A DNA stretch of 64,000 bases, from the NCBI GenBank assembly GCA_965205945.1, contig CBDBIB010000002.1:1-64000 (forward strand), in the 5' to 3' direction. Shown in pieces: positions 29,535 to 40,456 of the stretch; position 1 is the first letter of the stretch, and each line of letters opens with the position of its first letter. Under the pieces are notes generated by a model, which ran no database searches, had not been told where the DNA came from, and saw nothing but the letters and a program-made list of their open reading frames with translations. The DNA is from Bdellovibrionales bacterium. Lineage in GTDB: Bacteria; Bdellovibrionota; Bdellovibrionia; Bdellovibrionales; UBA1609. Position numbers and translations under genes: made by a program.

Positions 29535-31760
29535 GTGTATTTAAGGGTAAATAGAGTTAGTGGGTGGGAAAGTTTGGCAGACCATGGGAAAAAACCTGAA
29601 TTAGAAGTTTCAACAATTCAAGAATTGGTTGAACTTGTAAAAAGATACCTTCCCCATGAAGAGGCTGAAAAACTCTTTGATGTTTATGAATTTTCTAAAA
29701 AAGCACACAAAGGACAAATTAGAAAAAGTGGCAAACCTTATATAAGTCACCCTTTAGCCGTTGCTGGAATCATCGCACAAATTCAATTAGACTTTTCCTC
29801 AGTAGCAACAGGTCTTTTGCATGATACCGTAGAGGATACAGGAGTAAAGCTTTTAGATATTCAAGAAAAATTTGGTGAAGAGATTACATTTTTAGTTAAT
29901 GGAGTGACAAAAATTTCTCAAATGAGTTTTAAAAATACTCATGAAAAGCAAGGTGAAAATATTAGAAAGATGATTATTTCTATGGGGCGTGATCTAAGAG
30001 TAGTCTTAGTAAAGCTTTGTGATCGTCTTCATAATATGCGAACTTTAAAGTACATGAACTCTATGAAGCAAGAAAGAATTGCTTTAGAAACACTGGATAT
30101 TTATGCACCGCTAGCAAGTCGTCTTGGTATAAATTGGTTAAAAATTGAATTAGAAGACTTGTCATTTAGGTATGCAAATCCTGAAGCATTTCATTCTTTA
30201 GTTGAAGAGGTTCAAAAGAAAAAAAGAGAACGTGAAAAGTTCATTCAAGATTTAAGAAGGCTTTTATATAAAAAAATAGCGTTATCATTTAAGGGTAAAT
30301 TTGAAATTCAAGGGCGTCTTAAGCACTTATACTCTATTCATAAAAAAATGTTAACAGGTTTAGAGTATGATCAAATATATGATGTTTTAGCTTTTAGGGT
30401 AATAGTTCTTAATGTTGCTCAATGCTATGAGATTTTAGGACTAGTGCATTTACATTGGAAGCCTGTACCAGGAAGATTTAAAGATTTTATAGCAATGCCT
30501 AAAAACAACAATTATCAAAGTCTTCATACTACAGTGATTGGACATGATGGTGATAGAATTGAGGTTCAAATAAGAACAAAAGAAATGCATTTGACAGCAG
30601 AGCAAGGAATTGCAGCACACTGGAGTTATAAACAAGGTGGAGTTAATCAAAAAGCTATTAAGAAGTTTAATTGGTTAAGGGATTTAGCTTCAATGCATCA
30701 GCAAATGGAAGACTCAGGAGAGTTTTTAGAAAATATAAAAACAGATTTATTTGATACAGAGGTTTATGTTTTTACACCTAAAGGGGAAGTTAGAGAATTT
30801 CCCGAGGGAGCAACACCAATTGATTTTGCCTATGCGGTTCATACTGATATAGGCATGAGATGTTCAGGAGCAAGAGTGAATAGAAAACTTGTTCCTTTAA
30901 AATACCGATTAAAAAATGGTGATCATGTAGAGATTATAACTTTAAAAACTCAAACCCCTTCAAAAGATTGGTTAAACTATTGTGTAACAACAAAAGCTAA
31001 GAATAAAATTCGTTATTATATTAAAGAGGAGCAAAGAAAACGAGCTTTAGAAATAGGAAAAGGTATTTTAGAAAAATCATTTAAAACAGTAGGGTTAAAT
31101 CCAATATCTTATTTTAAGAAAAATTCTGCAAATTTTGAAGAGGTTTTAAAAGAATCAGGGGTTAAAACCTTAGACGAATTAAATGTTCTTCTAGGTTATG
31201 GAAAAATTTATCCAGATCAAATTCTTAAAAAACTTTTTCCTAAAAAAGAAATTTATTCAGAAGTTAAAAAAGAGAGTTTTATTTCAAAAACTGTTAGAAA
31301 TGTTTTAGAGAAGAATAAAAAAAAATCTTTAATTCTAGTTGATGGAATGAGTAATGTATTAGTTTATTTTGCTAAGTGCTGTCACCCAATTCCAGGAGAT
31401 GATATTACAGGTTTTATTTCAAGAGGAAGAGGTATTATAATTCATAGAGTAAATTGCCCAAAATCTTTTGAACTTGATTCACAAAGAGAGGTAGATGTTG
31501 AGTGGGGTAAAAGACCAGAAGGCCTAACAAGGCTTGTGCAAATTTATGTTCTTGCTTTAGACAATAGTGGACTTCTTATTCGTATTACTGAGGTGTTTGC
31601 ATCAAAAGGGATTGGTTTACAAAATGCACGAATTAAAGCAACTAGAGATAAAAAAGTGATTGCATATTTTGATGCTCTTGTTAAAGACTTAAACCAGCTT
31701 CAAGTAGTCATCACGCATCTTAGAAGACTTCGTGATATTATTGAAGTTAAAAGAATTTAG
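29535..31760 (+). CDS. spoT: Bifunctional (p)ppGpp synthetase/hydrolase (RelA/SpoT homologue)
   Basis: HD motif LHDTVED, DRLHNMRT, YQSLHT, EVQIRT, TGS (DFAYAVHT), CCHPIPGD, ACT; exact start uncertain. Confidence 0.95.
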   Translation: MYLRVNRVSGWESLADHGKKPELEVSTIQELVELVKRYLPHEEAEKLFDVYEFSKKAHKGQIRKSGKPYISHPLAVAGIIAQIQLDFSSVATGLLHDTVEDTGVKLLDIQEKFGEEITFLVNGVTKISQMSFKNTHEKQGENIRKMIISMGRDLRVVLVKLCDRLHNMRTLKYMNSMKQERIALETLDIYAPLASRLGINWLKIELEDLSFRYANPEAFHSLVEEVQKKKREREKFIQDLRRLLYKKIALSFKGKFEIQGRLKHLYSIHKKMLTGLEYDQIYDVLAFRVIVLNVAQCYEILGLVHLHWKPVPGRFKDFIAMPKNNNYQSLHTTVIGHDGDRIEVQIRTKEMHLTAEQGIAAHWSYKQGGVNQKAIKKFNWLRDLASMHQQMEDSGEFLENIKTDLFDTEVYVFTPKGEVREFPEGATPIDFAYAVHTDIGMRCSGARVNRKLVPLKYRLKNGDHVEIITLKTQTPSKDWLNYCVTTKAKNKIRYYIKEEQRKRALEIGKGILEKSFKTVGLNPISYFKKNSANFEEVLKESGVKTLDELNVLLGYGKIYPDQILKKLFPKKEIYSEVKKESFISKTVRNVLEKNKKKSLILVDGMSNVLVYFAKCCHPIPGDDITGFISRGRGIIIHRVNCPKSFELDSQREVDVEWGKRPEGLTRLVQIYVLALDNSGLLIRITEVFASKGIGLQNARIKATRDKKVIAYFDALVKDLNQLQVVITHLRRLRDIIEVKRI

Positions 31761-33253
31761 TTGCAGTCGGTTATATTCCCATTAAGAGGCTGTGTTATGC
31801 ATCCAATATTTTGAAAATTACAAACCATTCTAATGTGATAGTGGTTTTTATGCTTATTTTCATGGCGTAATTTTTTGAAAATTTTATTTCTTTGAGTTTT
31901 TGTGGCATTAGTCTTGTTTTTTACATGAGTACATAAAGCCTTTACAAAAGCTTTGTCTATGAAGATAATATTCACCCGCTCAGTAGCAATAAGAATATTT
32001 AAAAATTCCCAGTTTTTTTGTCTAAAAGTATTATCTAATTTATCTAAAGTCTTCCAATTTTTAAAATAGTGTTCTGTTCTACAATCGTTTGCAGTGCTTG
32101 GTAAAGAAATATCTATATCTAGACCGTTTTGATGACTCCTATGTGTTTTAAAATAACTACCGTTTTTAAGAGATAAATCATTTATACATATGGGAGCTTT
32201 TGGATGTAAGCGGTTAAATTCCTCTGAGATATACTCAACTGTTTTTATTAAAAGACCTGAGGCGTACTGCTTATTTCTTCTTTGTGGATTAATTTTAGAA
32301 CCTTTAAGGCGAGATGGGAGTTGTGTTGAATGTATTATTTTACCATATTTATCATGATGTTTAGAATAAAAATATTTGGACTGATTAAAAGTAGTTGTTT
32401 GTATTTCTTTTAAAAGTACATTGCCAAAATCTTTCTTGTATTGTAGCAGGTCGTAAGTTTCTGCTGAGTTAATATTAAAACCCTTTTGTGCTGTATTTTC
32501 ACCAATATTTGGAAATATAAATCTACCAGCTCCAACAGCTGTACTTTCACTATCAATAATAATTGTGTTCTCACTATTAATTTCAGGATTAGTTATGGTA
32601 GGGCTTGGTAAAGGTTTTGGAGTAGAAGGTTCTTTTGAAAAAATTAGAGTTTCTTCAGGGGCTAATATTGAATTTTTAGTTTCATTAGAATTGTCTGCTC
32701 TAAACTGCTCAGTAATTTTAAGATCATTTACAAAATAAGCGATTTCAAGGGCAAGCTCATTACATGTGACTTTATTATCATCTAAGCACATGCCTTGGAG
32801 TGTCACTATTTTTTTTGAAAAACCTGAGGATTTAGTAAATAAAAAATGCTTTTCATGGTTCTTAGGGGTTAAAAAAGTAATGGATTCTAAAATGCCATTA
32901 TAAGTGATATCTAGAGTGACTTTTTTTTGACCATTATTTTTAAAAAGTACTCTAGGGTTTGAAAAAGTAATTTTCTCATGGTTTAACTCGTTTAGCTTTA
33001 CCTTTGTTTTTTCTGCTCTATTTCTTTGAATTTCCTCTTCTAACTTCCTAATAAAAGAGTTTTTAGAGTAAAGTGAGGTAATGGGAAGCAGCTCAATAGT
33101 GGGCTCTCCTTGGGCGTTTATTTGAATATGAGGTGCCGCTTTTGAGCGAGTAAAGCTATTAGAAGAGGGATTATTTTCAGCACAGCTGGCTAGAAAGAAT
33201 AAAAAGATTAGAATAAAGCCTATTATTAGGTTGTAAGGCATTTTCATCTCCAT
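31757..33253 (-). CDS. Lipoprotein with C-terminal penicillin-insensitive murein endopeptidase (MepA-like) domain
   Basis: Lipobox LASC; DLS..HRSHQNGLDID and HKNHYHIR zinc-ligand motifs. Confidence 0.8.
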   Translation of the reverse strand: MEMKMPYNLIIGFILIFLFFLASCAENNPSSNSFTRSKAAPHIQINAQGEPTIELLPITSLYSKNSFIRKLEEEIQRNRAEKTKVKLNELNHEKITFSNPRVLFKNNGQKKVTLDITYNGILESITFLTPKNHEKHFLFTKSSGFSKKIVTLQGMCLDDNKVTCNELALEIAYFVNDLKITEQFRADNSNETKNSILAPEETLIFSKEPSTPKPLPSPTITNPEINSENTIIIDSESTAVGAGRFIFPNIGENTAQKGFNINSAETYDLLQYKKDFGNVLLKEIQTTTFNQSKYFYSKHHDKYGKIIHSTQLPSRLKGSKINPQRRNKQYASGLLIKTVEYISEEFNRLHPKAPICINDLSLKNGSYFKTHRSHQNGLDIDISLPSTANDCRTEHYFKNWKTLDKLDNTFRQKNWEFLNILIATERVNIIFIDKAFVKALCTHVKNKTNATKTQRNKIFKKLRHENKHKNHYHIRMVCNFQNIGCITQPLNGNITDCN

Positions 33254-33280
33254 TTAATGAGCAATATGGGTGCCAAGCCG

Positions 33281-34129
33281 TTATTTAGAAAATTTTATGG
33301 TTCTAGCAAGTCCTAAGTAAACACTAATGGAGTTCATTTTAACAGTGTCTGAAGATGGATATAAGCCATACTCAAGCCATAAAGGAACATAAATCTTGTT
33401 AGATATTAAAATATCTATACCTGCTCCAGCCTGCATGAAAATGGCCGTTGTAAGGTCTTCTTTATTTAAGGCCGTTGTACTGTTGGGAATAGGATTAAAT
33501 AAAATACCTAACCCCAAACCTGCCCAAAAGTTATATTTGCCTTTGTTAAAATGGTAGCGAGGCCAAATATCTAGATTTGTAAAGGTTAAGTCCACTTTGC
33601 AAACAGCTTTAGAAGTATTATTTTGCTTTATACATTGAGTGTTGCTTGTATCTTCAGAATAAAAAGCCTGCTGTCCTAAAGAAGTTCTTAGATAAAGTTT
33701 TTTATGAAGCTTAAAATCTAGAAGTAGTTCAGAAGAAATGCTAGTTCCCGTATAAGAATCTAAACGAGGAGAATCGTTTTTAAAAAGCACATCAGAAGAG
33801 TTATTATTAAAACCTAGGGCAAAGCCTATGGCCAGCTTTCTGTCTTTAATTTTTTTAATTGGAATATTGCGTTTTTTTAAAGTCCAATTAGCTAAAGCCT
33901 TTCCTTTAAGAAGTCTTGCTAAAGCTTGATCTTTTTTAAGTTTCACTATCCTAACAATACCTTTTTTTTTCCCATTAGACATGAGGTAATAGAGTTTACC
34001 TATTTGAATATTATCATCATCAGTATCAATTAAGACAGCAGATCCCTTTACTTTTAGAACTTGGGCGGGAAAAGAAGATATAGAAAAACTTAAGCTTAAT
34101 ATAAAAAGTAGCATAAGTATATAACGCAT
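33281..34129 (-). CDS. Exported protein with probable outer-membrane beta-barrel domain
   Basis: GGAGG RBS before ATG 34129; signal peptide; WAGLGLG / QAGAGIDI / LEYG beta-strand pattern. Confidence 0.65.
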   Translation of the reverse strand: MRYILMLLFILSLSFSISSFPAQVLKVKGSAVLIDTDDDNIQIGKLYYLMSNGKKKGIVRIVKLKKDQALARLLKGKALANWTLKKRNIPIKKIKDRKLAIGFALGFNNNSSDVLFKNDSPRLDSYTGTSISSELLLDFKLHKKLYLRTSLGQQAFYSEDTSNTQCIKQNNTSKAVCKVDLTFTNLDIWPRYHFNKGKYNFWAGLGLGILFNPIPNSTTALNKEDLTTAIFMQAGAGIDILISNKIYVPLWLEYGLYPSSDTVKMNSISVYLGLARTIKFSK

Positions 34130-34239
34130 AAAGAAGCCTCCTGTTTTTGATAACAAGTTTATTATAACTCTGTATCTCTTAGGAGGTCTTGCTTTTCTTC
34201 TTAAACTAGACTGCTTAAAAGGCTTAATCTAAGGTTTTA

Positions 34240-34683
34240 TTAAAATGGGATTTCTTCGTTTGAAGATTTAAAATCAGGCTCTGGTGCAAAGTCAGTAAAA
34301 GGGTTGTCATTAACAGAAGGGCTATCAAGGTTAGTCGAGCTTGATGCTTGGGGGCTGCCTCCAATAAACTGAACGTTTGTTGCAACAACTTCTGTAGTGT
34401 ATTTTTTATTTCCTTGCTGGTCTTCCCATGAGCGAGTTTGAAGTCGCCCTTCAACAAAAACTTGACGACCTTTAGCTAAATATTTGCCGCATACGTCAGC
34501 AAGCTTTCCCCAAACAACAACTCTGTGCCACTCAGTTTTTTCTTGTTTTTGGCCTTCCTTGTCTTTCCAAACTTCACTTGTTGCAAGACTAAATGTGCAA
34601 ACAGTGTTACCAGAACTTATATTTTTTGTTTCAGGGTCTGAACCTAATCTACCTAAAACAATTACTTTATTAACACCAGACAT
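34240..34683 (-). CDS. ssb: Single-stranded DNA-binding protein
   Basis: [28 protein letters not shown], acidic tail EEIPF. Confidence 0.97.
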   Translation of the reverse strand: MSGVNKVIVLGRLGSDPETKNISSGNTVCTFSLATSEVWKDKEGQKQEKTEWHRVVVWGKLADVCGKYLAKGRQVFVEGRLQTRSWEDQQGNKKYTTEVVATNVQFIGGSPQASSSTNLDSPSVNDNPFTDFAPEPDFKSSNEEIPF

Positions 34684-34831
34684 ACGTATTTCTCCTTATT
34701 TGAAAGTTTTATGTGTTACAGTGGCATATTGCAAGTAGACAGCATCACTAAACTTAATTTTATTTGCAAGTCATTGCGCTTTAAGACGGACGCGCCCAAA
34801 AATTAAGCCTTTATATAAATTTGTTTAGTAT

Positions 34832-35854
34832 TTATTCAAAGGAGTTTAGGCGAAAGAATCTAGGTGATCTAAAGCTTTGCTCTAAATTACCTTGGATGGT
34901 AAAGAGGTACTTTGCTCCTCCTTGAGGGAGCTTAATAATATTAACATTTTGAGGATTTATAAAGGACTGTAGGTCTGTGGCTAATGCTCTTTGAAAGGTT
35001 GCATTTAATTCAAGCTCAATACGAAACTCATAGTTTCTACAGGCTTGAGATATATTTTGACCAGACTTATGAAATAAACAGGTAATAAACCCTTTATACC
35101 GACCGTTAATAGGGGAGGACTTAGTTCCTAAAGTCCCCCTAGTAACTGTTATTTTTCCTTTTTCTATTTTTCCAAAAAGATTTGAATTCTCCCAAATAAC
35201 TTTTTTAGGAAGAGGGATATCGCCTATACTTGGGATATGTATGGTTGCAGGGATCACAATTTTTTCTATGTTAAATTTAAAATTACCTTTAGGCTGAACT
35301 CTAAAACTGTCTTCACCTTCAATAAAAAAATTCCCATTAAGATTTCCTGTTAGTTTGTAGGCAAGATTTTGAAAATCAATTAGATCTGCTAAAGAGATAT
35401 TTTTTAAATCTGAAGATAAGATAAATTTTTGAGTTTTTTCTTCGGTTTTTCCATTTAGACTTAGATTTAGATTTGCAAAACCAGAAAAAAAACCAGAAAG
35501 AAGAAGGGAGCCTCCAGGTTGAAATTTTAAGAGAGAAAAAATATTTGGTCGAAGAGTGATGTTTTTAATCTTAAGAGGTTTTTTAAAAGACTTTATAGAA
35601 AGTTCAAAATCAGAAGTTTGTATGCCAAAGGGTACAAGGTTTAAATTAATATTAGAATAATCAACAGATCCATTTAAAGGTTTCATAATTTGATTTATTT
35701 GTTCTTTAGAAAAATATGTTAAATCTGAAAATGGGAAAAGAGTCATAAAAAAAAATAAAAAAGCGCATAAAAAAAAAGCTAATTTTTTCTTATGGTATAA
35801 GAGAACATTTTTAAAAGGCAGGGTAAGAGAAGCTAAGAGTTTAGATGAGGTCAT
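34832..35854 (-). CDS. gspN: Type II secretion system protein GspN-like
   Basis: N-terminal TM ending TLFPFSDL, long beta-rich domain, last gene of an L-M-N-like triplet. Confidence 0.6.
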   Translation of the reverse strand: MTSSKLLASLTLPFKNVLLYHKKKLAFFLCAFLFFFMTLFPFSDLTYFSKEQINQIMKPLNGSVDYSNINLNLVPFGIQTSDFELSIKSFKKPLKIKNITLRPNIFSLLKFQPGGSLLLSGFFSGFANLNLSLNGKTEEKTQKFILSSDLKNISLADLIDFQNLAYKLTGNLNGNFFIEGEDSFRVQPKGNFKFNIEKIVIPATIHIPSIGDIPLPKKVIWENSNLFGKIEKGKITVTRGTLGTKSSPINGRYKGFITCLFHKSGQNISQACRNYEFRIELELNATFQRALATDLQSFINPQNVNIIKLPQGGAKYLFTIQGNLEQSFRSPRFFRLNSFE

Positions 35855-36528
35855 TACTTTTTACCTCGTCTAGATTTTATAGGTTTTTTAATTTCAGGGC
35901 TTGGTAAAATATCAGAAGCAGGTTTAACAAATAAATTAGCTATAGTGATTAAACCATCAAAATAAGAAGGGTTTTCAGGATTAGCTTTAAGTTCAATGGA
36001 TTCAATGAGTAGGGATTTATTAAGCTTTTGAAGACTATAAGTCAGAGCTGAGAATTGATTTATATTAGTTTTCTTTGTTTGAATATTAAAATTATTTTGA
36101 TTTGCTGAAAGGATAATTTTAGAGCTAGCTTTACTAGAAGTTACTGAAATTTGATCTGGTAAGAAATTTATTGAATATGCATTTCCTAGGTCACTTACTT
36201 TTGTTTTTAAATCTGCTAATTGATACTTTTTAGGTGTTTGAGAGGTGAATTTAGATTTTTTTTGAAAAGAAATAATTTTTTGAGTAAGCTTTTTTTGTTC
36301 TTCAAAAAAAATCATATTTTCTACAGAGGTTTGGTAGTTTGTAATAGGTTTTATAAGAGTTAAAATGAGAATTAAAAAGCAGGCTGTTGTAATCAATAGC
36401 TTTTGAGTAAAAGGAGAGAATGAACTGAATTTGTTTCTTAAAGAATCAAAAGTAGAGCTTTCTTGAACCTGAGAGACAATAGATTGAAAGTATTCATTAA
36501 TCTGGTCAATTATATTTTCAAAAAACAT
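35854..36528 (-). CDS. GspM/PilO-like inner-membrane protein
   Basis: Single TM after SFSPFTQKLL, coiled-coil and small C-domain; position between the GspL-like and GspN-like genes. Confidence 0.5.
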   Translation of the reverse strand: MFFENIIDQINEYFQSIVSQVQESSTFDSLRNKFSSFSPFTQKLLITTACFLILILTLIKPITNYQTSVENMIFFEEQKKLTQKIISFQKKSKFTSQTPKKYQLADLKTKVSDLGNAYSINFLPDQISVTSSKASSKIILSANQNNFNIQTKKTNINQFSALTYSLQKLNKSLLIESIELKANPENPSYFDGLITIANLFVKPASDILPSPEIKKPIKSRRGKK

Positions 36529-36531
36529 AAG

Positions 36532-38217
36532 TTACAGTCCTTTTTTGGGTTTAAAGGTTATTGTAAAATTAATTTTGCCATTATTCCCAGAGCTCTCAGT
36601 TTTTAAAATTTTACCAGAGCTAAGACTTTTTAGTTTATTTGAAAAAACTTGGAGTTCATTTCTAGCGGTTGTTGTTCCCTGAATTCGCACAAGATTTTTG
36701 TTTATTTTAAAGTTTGTAATATCCATTGGGAGTTTACTTCTTGAAGAGGCTTTTTCAGAAATACTTTTTAAAGTAAGCAGAGGAGCATTTGCAGATTGTT
36801 TTGTTTTTTTAATAATTTTTAATTTTATAGATTCTCGGGTTTTAAGATCAGCAAAAAGCTTTTTAAGTTTTTGTTTTGTGGCATTATTTTTTTGAATTTG
36901 AAAAACATTAGAGGCAGCAGTTTTCATATTCTGTTTGGTTTGAGAAGTGAGTTCTTCAGATATAGAGTTTCTTAGAAATGAATATATAAAAAAAATAAGA
37001 ATAGATGCGGCCACTAAATTAATATAAAAGCCCCATGAACTCCAAAGGGCTTTAAAGGAAGCGTTTTCTTTTGAAAATTCTTCTCGTCTAAAATTTATAG
37101 CCGGGTTTTTAGGTCTTTTATATGCCTCAAGCGCAAGACCTATTGCTACTCCCATAGAAAGGTGGTTTTTAGAGTTGCGAGTAATATCGATCTCAGGGTG
37201 ATTTTTAATTTTTGAAATTTTATTACAGGGAGTTAAAGTAAATTCAGTTAACTTAGGCCCTAAGTTATGTAGTGAGGCTAAGCCACCCATTAAACCAAGG
37301 CCTTTAATATCTACAGAGTTTACACCCTTAATTTCTAAAAAGGTAAGCTTTAAGATTCTGCCAAGCTGTGCAATTTCATTAGATAATATATTTGAAAATT
37401 CTAAATCGCTTTTTAATCCAGATTGAGTGTTTAAAAATATACCTTTTGAAGCTTTAAGATTTGTTAAAGCCTCAGTTTCTTGAATATTTTTTTCTTTGGC
37501 CACAGCCTTAGCTAAATTTAAAGCACCCCAGTTGATTCTTCGAATATTACATAAACTGCCCTTGCTTCTAACAATTAAAATAGATGAAGAGTGACCAACA
37601 TTTAAAATGGCTTCTCCATTTTCTAAAATAGTATTGTCTGGGATTAAATTTTTAGAAATTTCTTCAGGTTCTAAATTTTCATCCCAGTTTTTATCTAAAT
37701 CTACTTGAGGGGGAGCTGCTAAAATATCTTCAAAAAGGTTGTTTAAAGCAAAACCTTCTAAAGAAATTATCTTAGGGTTTATTTGAATATCTGATGAAAG
37801 GGTTAAGTAAGATTTTATAAGCTCTTTTGGTGCTGCAATAGAGAGGACTTCTGATCCATTTTGTAGCAGTTTAATAATCTTACCCTCAAAAATAGCGTCA
37901 TATGAAGAAAAGGGTATAAGATCCTCAAGTTCAAAAGGTAAACTTTTTAAAATTTTAAACTTTTCTTTAAAAGGAAAGAAAAGACTTCGAGTGCTTATTT
38001 TATCTTGAGGTAGACCGAGTACAAAAGTAGTATACTCTTTATTATAACTAACAAGAATATCTTTTAAAGTTGTTATAAGTTCAATCTGTTTATCGACACC
38101 AGGTTTTTGAGAAAGAGGATACTCATGTAGTTTTGTTACTAAAATTGAGGAGCCTGATCTTTCAAGGTCAGCAATTTTAATACTGTAAGAACCAATGTCT
38201 ATGCCAATAGTTTTCAA
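36532..38217 (-). CDS. GspL / PilM-PilN-like assembly protein
   Basis: IGIDIGSYSIK actin-like motif, LPFELEDLIPF, AIGLAL..INFRR, TM, periplasmic domain. Confidence 0.8.
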   Translation of the reverse strand: MKTIGIDIGSYSIKIADLERSGSSILVTKLHEYPLSQKPGVDKQIELITTLKDILVSYNKEYTTFVLGLPQDKISTRSLFFPFKEKFKILKSLPFELEDLIPFSSYDAIFEGKIIKLLQNGSEVLSIAAPKELIKSYLTLSSDIQINPKIISLEGFALNNLFEDILAAPPQVDLDKNWDENLEPEEISKNLIPDNTILENGEAILNVGHSSSILIVRSKGSLCNIRRINWGALNLAKAVAKEKNIQETEALTNLKASKGIFLNTQSGLKSDLEFSNILSNEIAQLGRILKLTFLEIKGVNSVDIKGLGLMGGLASLHNLGPKLTEFTLTPCNKISKIKNHPEIDITRNSKNHLSMGVAIGLALEAYKRPKNPAINFRREEFSKENASFKALWSSWGFYINLVAASILIFFIYSFLRNSISEELTSQTKQNMKTAASNVFQIQKNNATKQKLKKLFADLKTRESIKLKIIKKTKQSANAPLLTLKSISEKASSRSKLPMDITNFKINKNLVRIQGTTTARNELQVFSNKLKSLSSGKILKTESSGNNGKINFTITFKPKKGL

Positions 38218-38810
38218 GATGAAACCCTCTCTATAAATATCTTCTTAAATTTAGAATGAAAAGTCTACTTATTTGGCACAAAGCTTTTATAGTAGTATTT
38301 AAAAAAATGTTATCTTATATTTATATAGCTTATACAGCGTTTTCCTTTTTAATATTTTAAAAATCAGGTTTATAAAAACAAGGTATACATTATGTGCATT
38401 TTCTATGAAAGACTTAATACCTTTGACCTTTGGGTTTGAAAAATTAGCTAATGTTTTTTGACAAGATTAAATATGGCTCAACATTAATATATATCTAAAC
38501 TATAATAGAATTTTTTTAAAGATTTTTAGATGAAATAAAGTTAGGTCAAAAGTCTAGATTTCTTAAAAGGCTTTTAAAGGCTTAAAGAGTCTGCACTTTT
38601 AAAAATACCTTAAGTAAATATTTTAGAAAATTAATAATAAAAAAATATCAGCTTGATTACTAAAGACTATATCAAAAAACTAGAGTAAAGCTTTTTGTCT
38701 TTTAAAGATAGAACAAAGCTTATTATCAATAGATATTAAAGAGCAGGGCCATACTTTTAAAGGCGAGTTTACAGATTTTAGTATAAAAACTTTAAATAAA
38801 AGTCTTACTT

Positions 38811-39617
38811 TTAGTAGATTTTCCATGAAAACAAAACATTAAAAGTATGGTTAACATCTTGCTTTCTAACAAAATCAGCATTTTTATTTTGTTTTTGTTG
38901 AATTGTAGACATTTTATAAAAAGGAATTAATCTTCCATTCCAGGGAAGTATTGGAAAGAAACTGCCTAAAGAATAAGTGATATGACCAAGGCCACTCACA
39001 CCTTCAGGCCCATAAGTGTATTGATTAGAAATTTTATCCCCAATACCAAAATCTATTTTAAGAGTTATATATTTTAAAATACCAGTATTAAAGCTTATAC
39101 TAACATAGTTGCCTAAGTGACCATTGATATCTTTATGGTAATCTAGAGAAAAACCAAAGAGCATTTTATATTTATATTCATATTTAAGACTTGTTTCCCA
39201 AGTTGAAGGTCGTTTGCTTTTGTAGTCTTCTTTCTTCTTTCTTCCAAGTAAAATTGCGAGACCTTTTTGAGGTTGATCATTAAAGTAATAGGTAGAGGTT
39301 GAAAGTTTATGCCTTTTTCCAAAGTTTTTTGTATAAGTAAATCCTGGACCTTTAAACGTAATCTTATTAAAAAGAGTAATTCTGGGACCAAGAAAGATAA
39401 GTGGAGTGTCAGAAATTAAGGCTCCACGATAGATCCTACTATTTATAAAGATTAAACCAAAACTAAGTTTAAAGTTTTTTTTTGATGGAGAGGGTTTTAC
39501 TTCTATATCACTTTTTAATGCTTTTAAAGAAAGATTAAGTTTTTTTATAGTCGTTTCATTTTCAGCCATACTTGTAATAGAAAATATAGTAAGTATTAAA
39601 AAACCAGGTAATTTCAT
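38811..39617 (-). CDS. MipA/OmpV-like outer-membrane protein
   Basis: Signal peptide; SRIYRG, amphipathic strands, NQYTYG, aromatic C-terminus. Confidence 0.5.
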   Translation of the reverse strand: MKLPGFLILTIFSITSMAENETTIKKLNLSLKALKSDIEVKPSPSKKNFKLSFGLIFINSRIYRGALISDTPLIFLGPRITLFNKITFKGPGFTYTKNFGKRHKLSTSTYYFNDQPQKGLAILLGRKKKEDYKSKRPSTWETSLKYEYKYKMLFGFSLDYHKDINGHLGNYVSISFNTGILKYITLKIDFGIGDKISNQYTYGPEGVSGLGHITYSLGSFFPILPWNGRLIPFYKMSTIQQKQNKNADFVRKQDVNHTFNVLFSWKIY

Positions 39618-39642
39618 ATCTATAAAGCCTTTATTATTTTTA

Positions 39643-40004
39643 GGCGCTGTTACACATGATTACTCAACCTAGACCAACAACTTAAAGATCTTCTCCCACT
39701 CACCCTAAAATAAATTTGATTTAATATACCAAGGATGGTTAGAGTGGGCCATCTTAAAAGCACGCTCATTTTTTAAGCTTACACTTAGAGCTACTCAAGG
39801 TTTTACTCAAAGTTTACTAAAGCTTTTAAAGTTTAATTTGCCAATACCAGACTATTTAACCCTTTTAAGATGCCTTAAGAAGCTAGAAATTAAGTTTGGA
39901 AAGCTAGAGCCAAAGGGCAAGAAAATTCATGTTGTCATAGATTCAACCCATTTGCTCTGTAAAATTTAAATCACAAGGCCTGTCGCTTCATGTGCAACAA
40001 AATA
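39643..40004 (+). mobile_element. Internally deleted IS5-family (IS903-group-like) remnant
   Basis: Frame from 39721 reads FFKLTLRATQGFTQSLLKLLKFNLPIPDYLTLLR..KIHVVIDST, matching the IS903-type transposase N-terminus up to the first catalytic Asp; ends tgttacacatga / tcatgtgcaaca form an imperfect IR. Confidence 0.8.
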
Positions 40005-40456
40005 AAACTTTGATTTAAATATTTTAAAAAAACTTTTTGAAAATCTTAATCTCTAGTCTATAAAGCCACCATTGGTGGCTAAACTGTTAATTTGTTTCGA
40101 TAATGACGCTTCTACATTTTAATAAACTTTAAATCAATTTTTAGCTTTAGTAATTAGTCAAGTAGCAAAAATTAAATTTAAAGAACTAAAGTTTCATTAA
40201 ATGGGTTTCTTTGCTACCAGCCTCATATCCGTGTGCTGGGTAATGCATTAAGTGGTCTTTTCTTTCCAAAAAGTAAGCACTCACTTTTACTATTTTCTAA
40301 GCTAAATTAGATAAACTATGACTAATTTTGTTACTCCTTTTGAAATAGCTTCATAGAATTTAAATTTAAATCAAACCTGCTTCATTTAAACCTCGGCCTA
40401 TAGATTGCTCTAGTCTAAAAGTACGAAGTTAAGAAATATTAAAAAAGGAGCTAGAA

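Noticed and set aside
40062..40082. Hairpin agccacc-att-ggtggct as an IS200/IS605 end or terminator
   Set aside because: No associated transposase fragment or gene end could be supported
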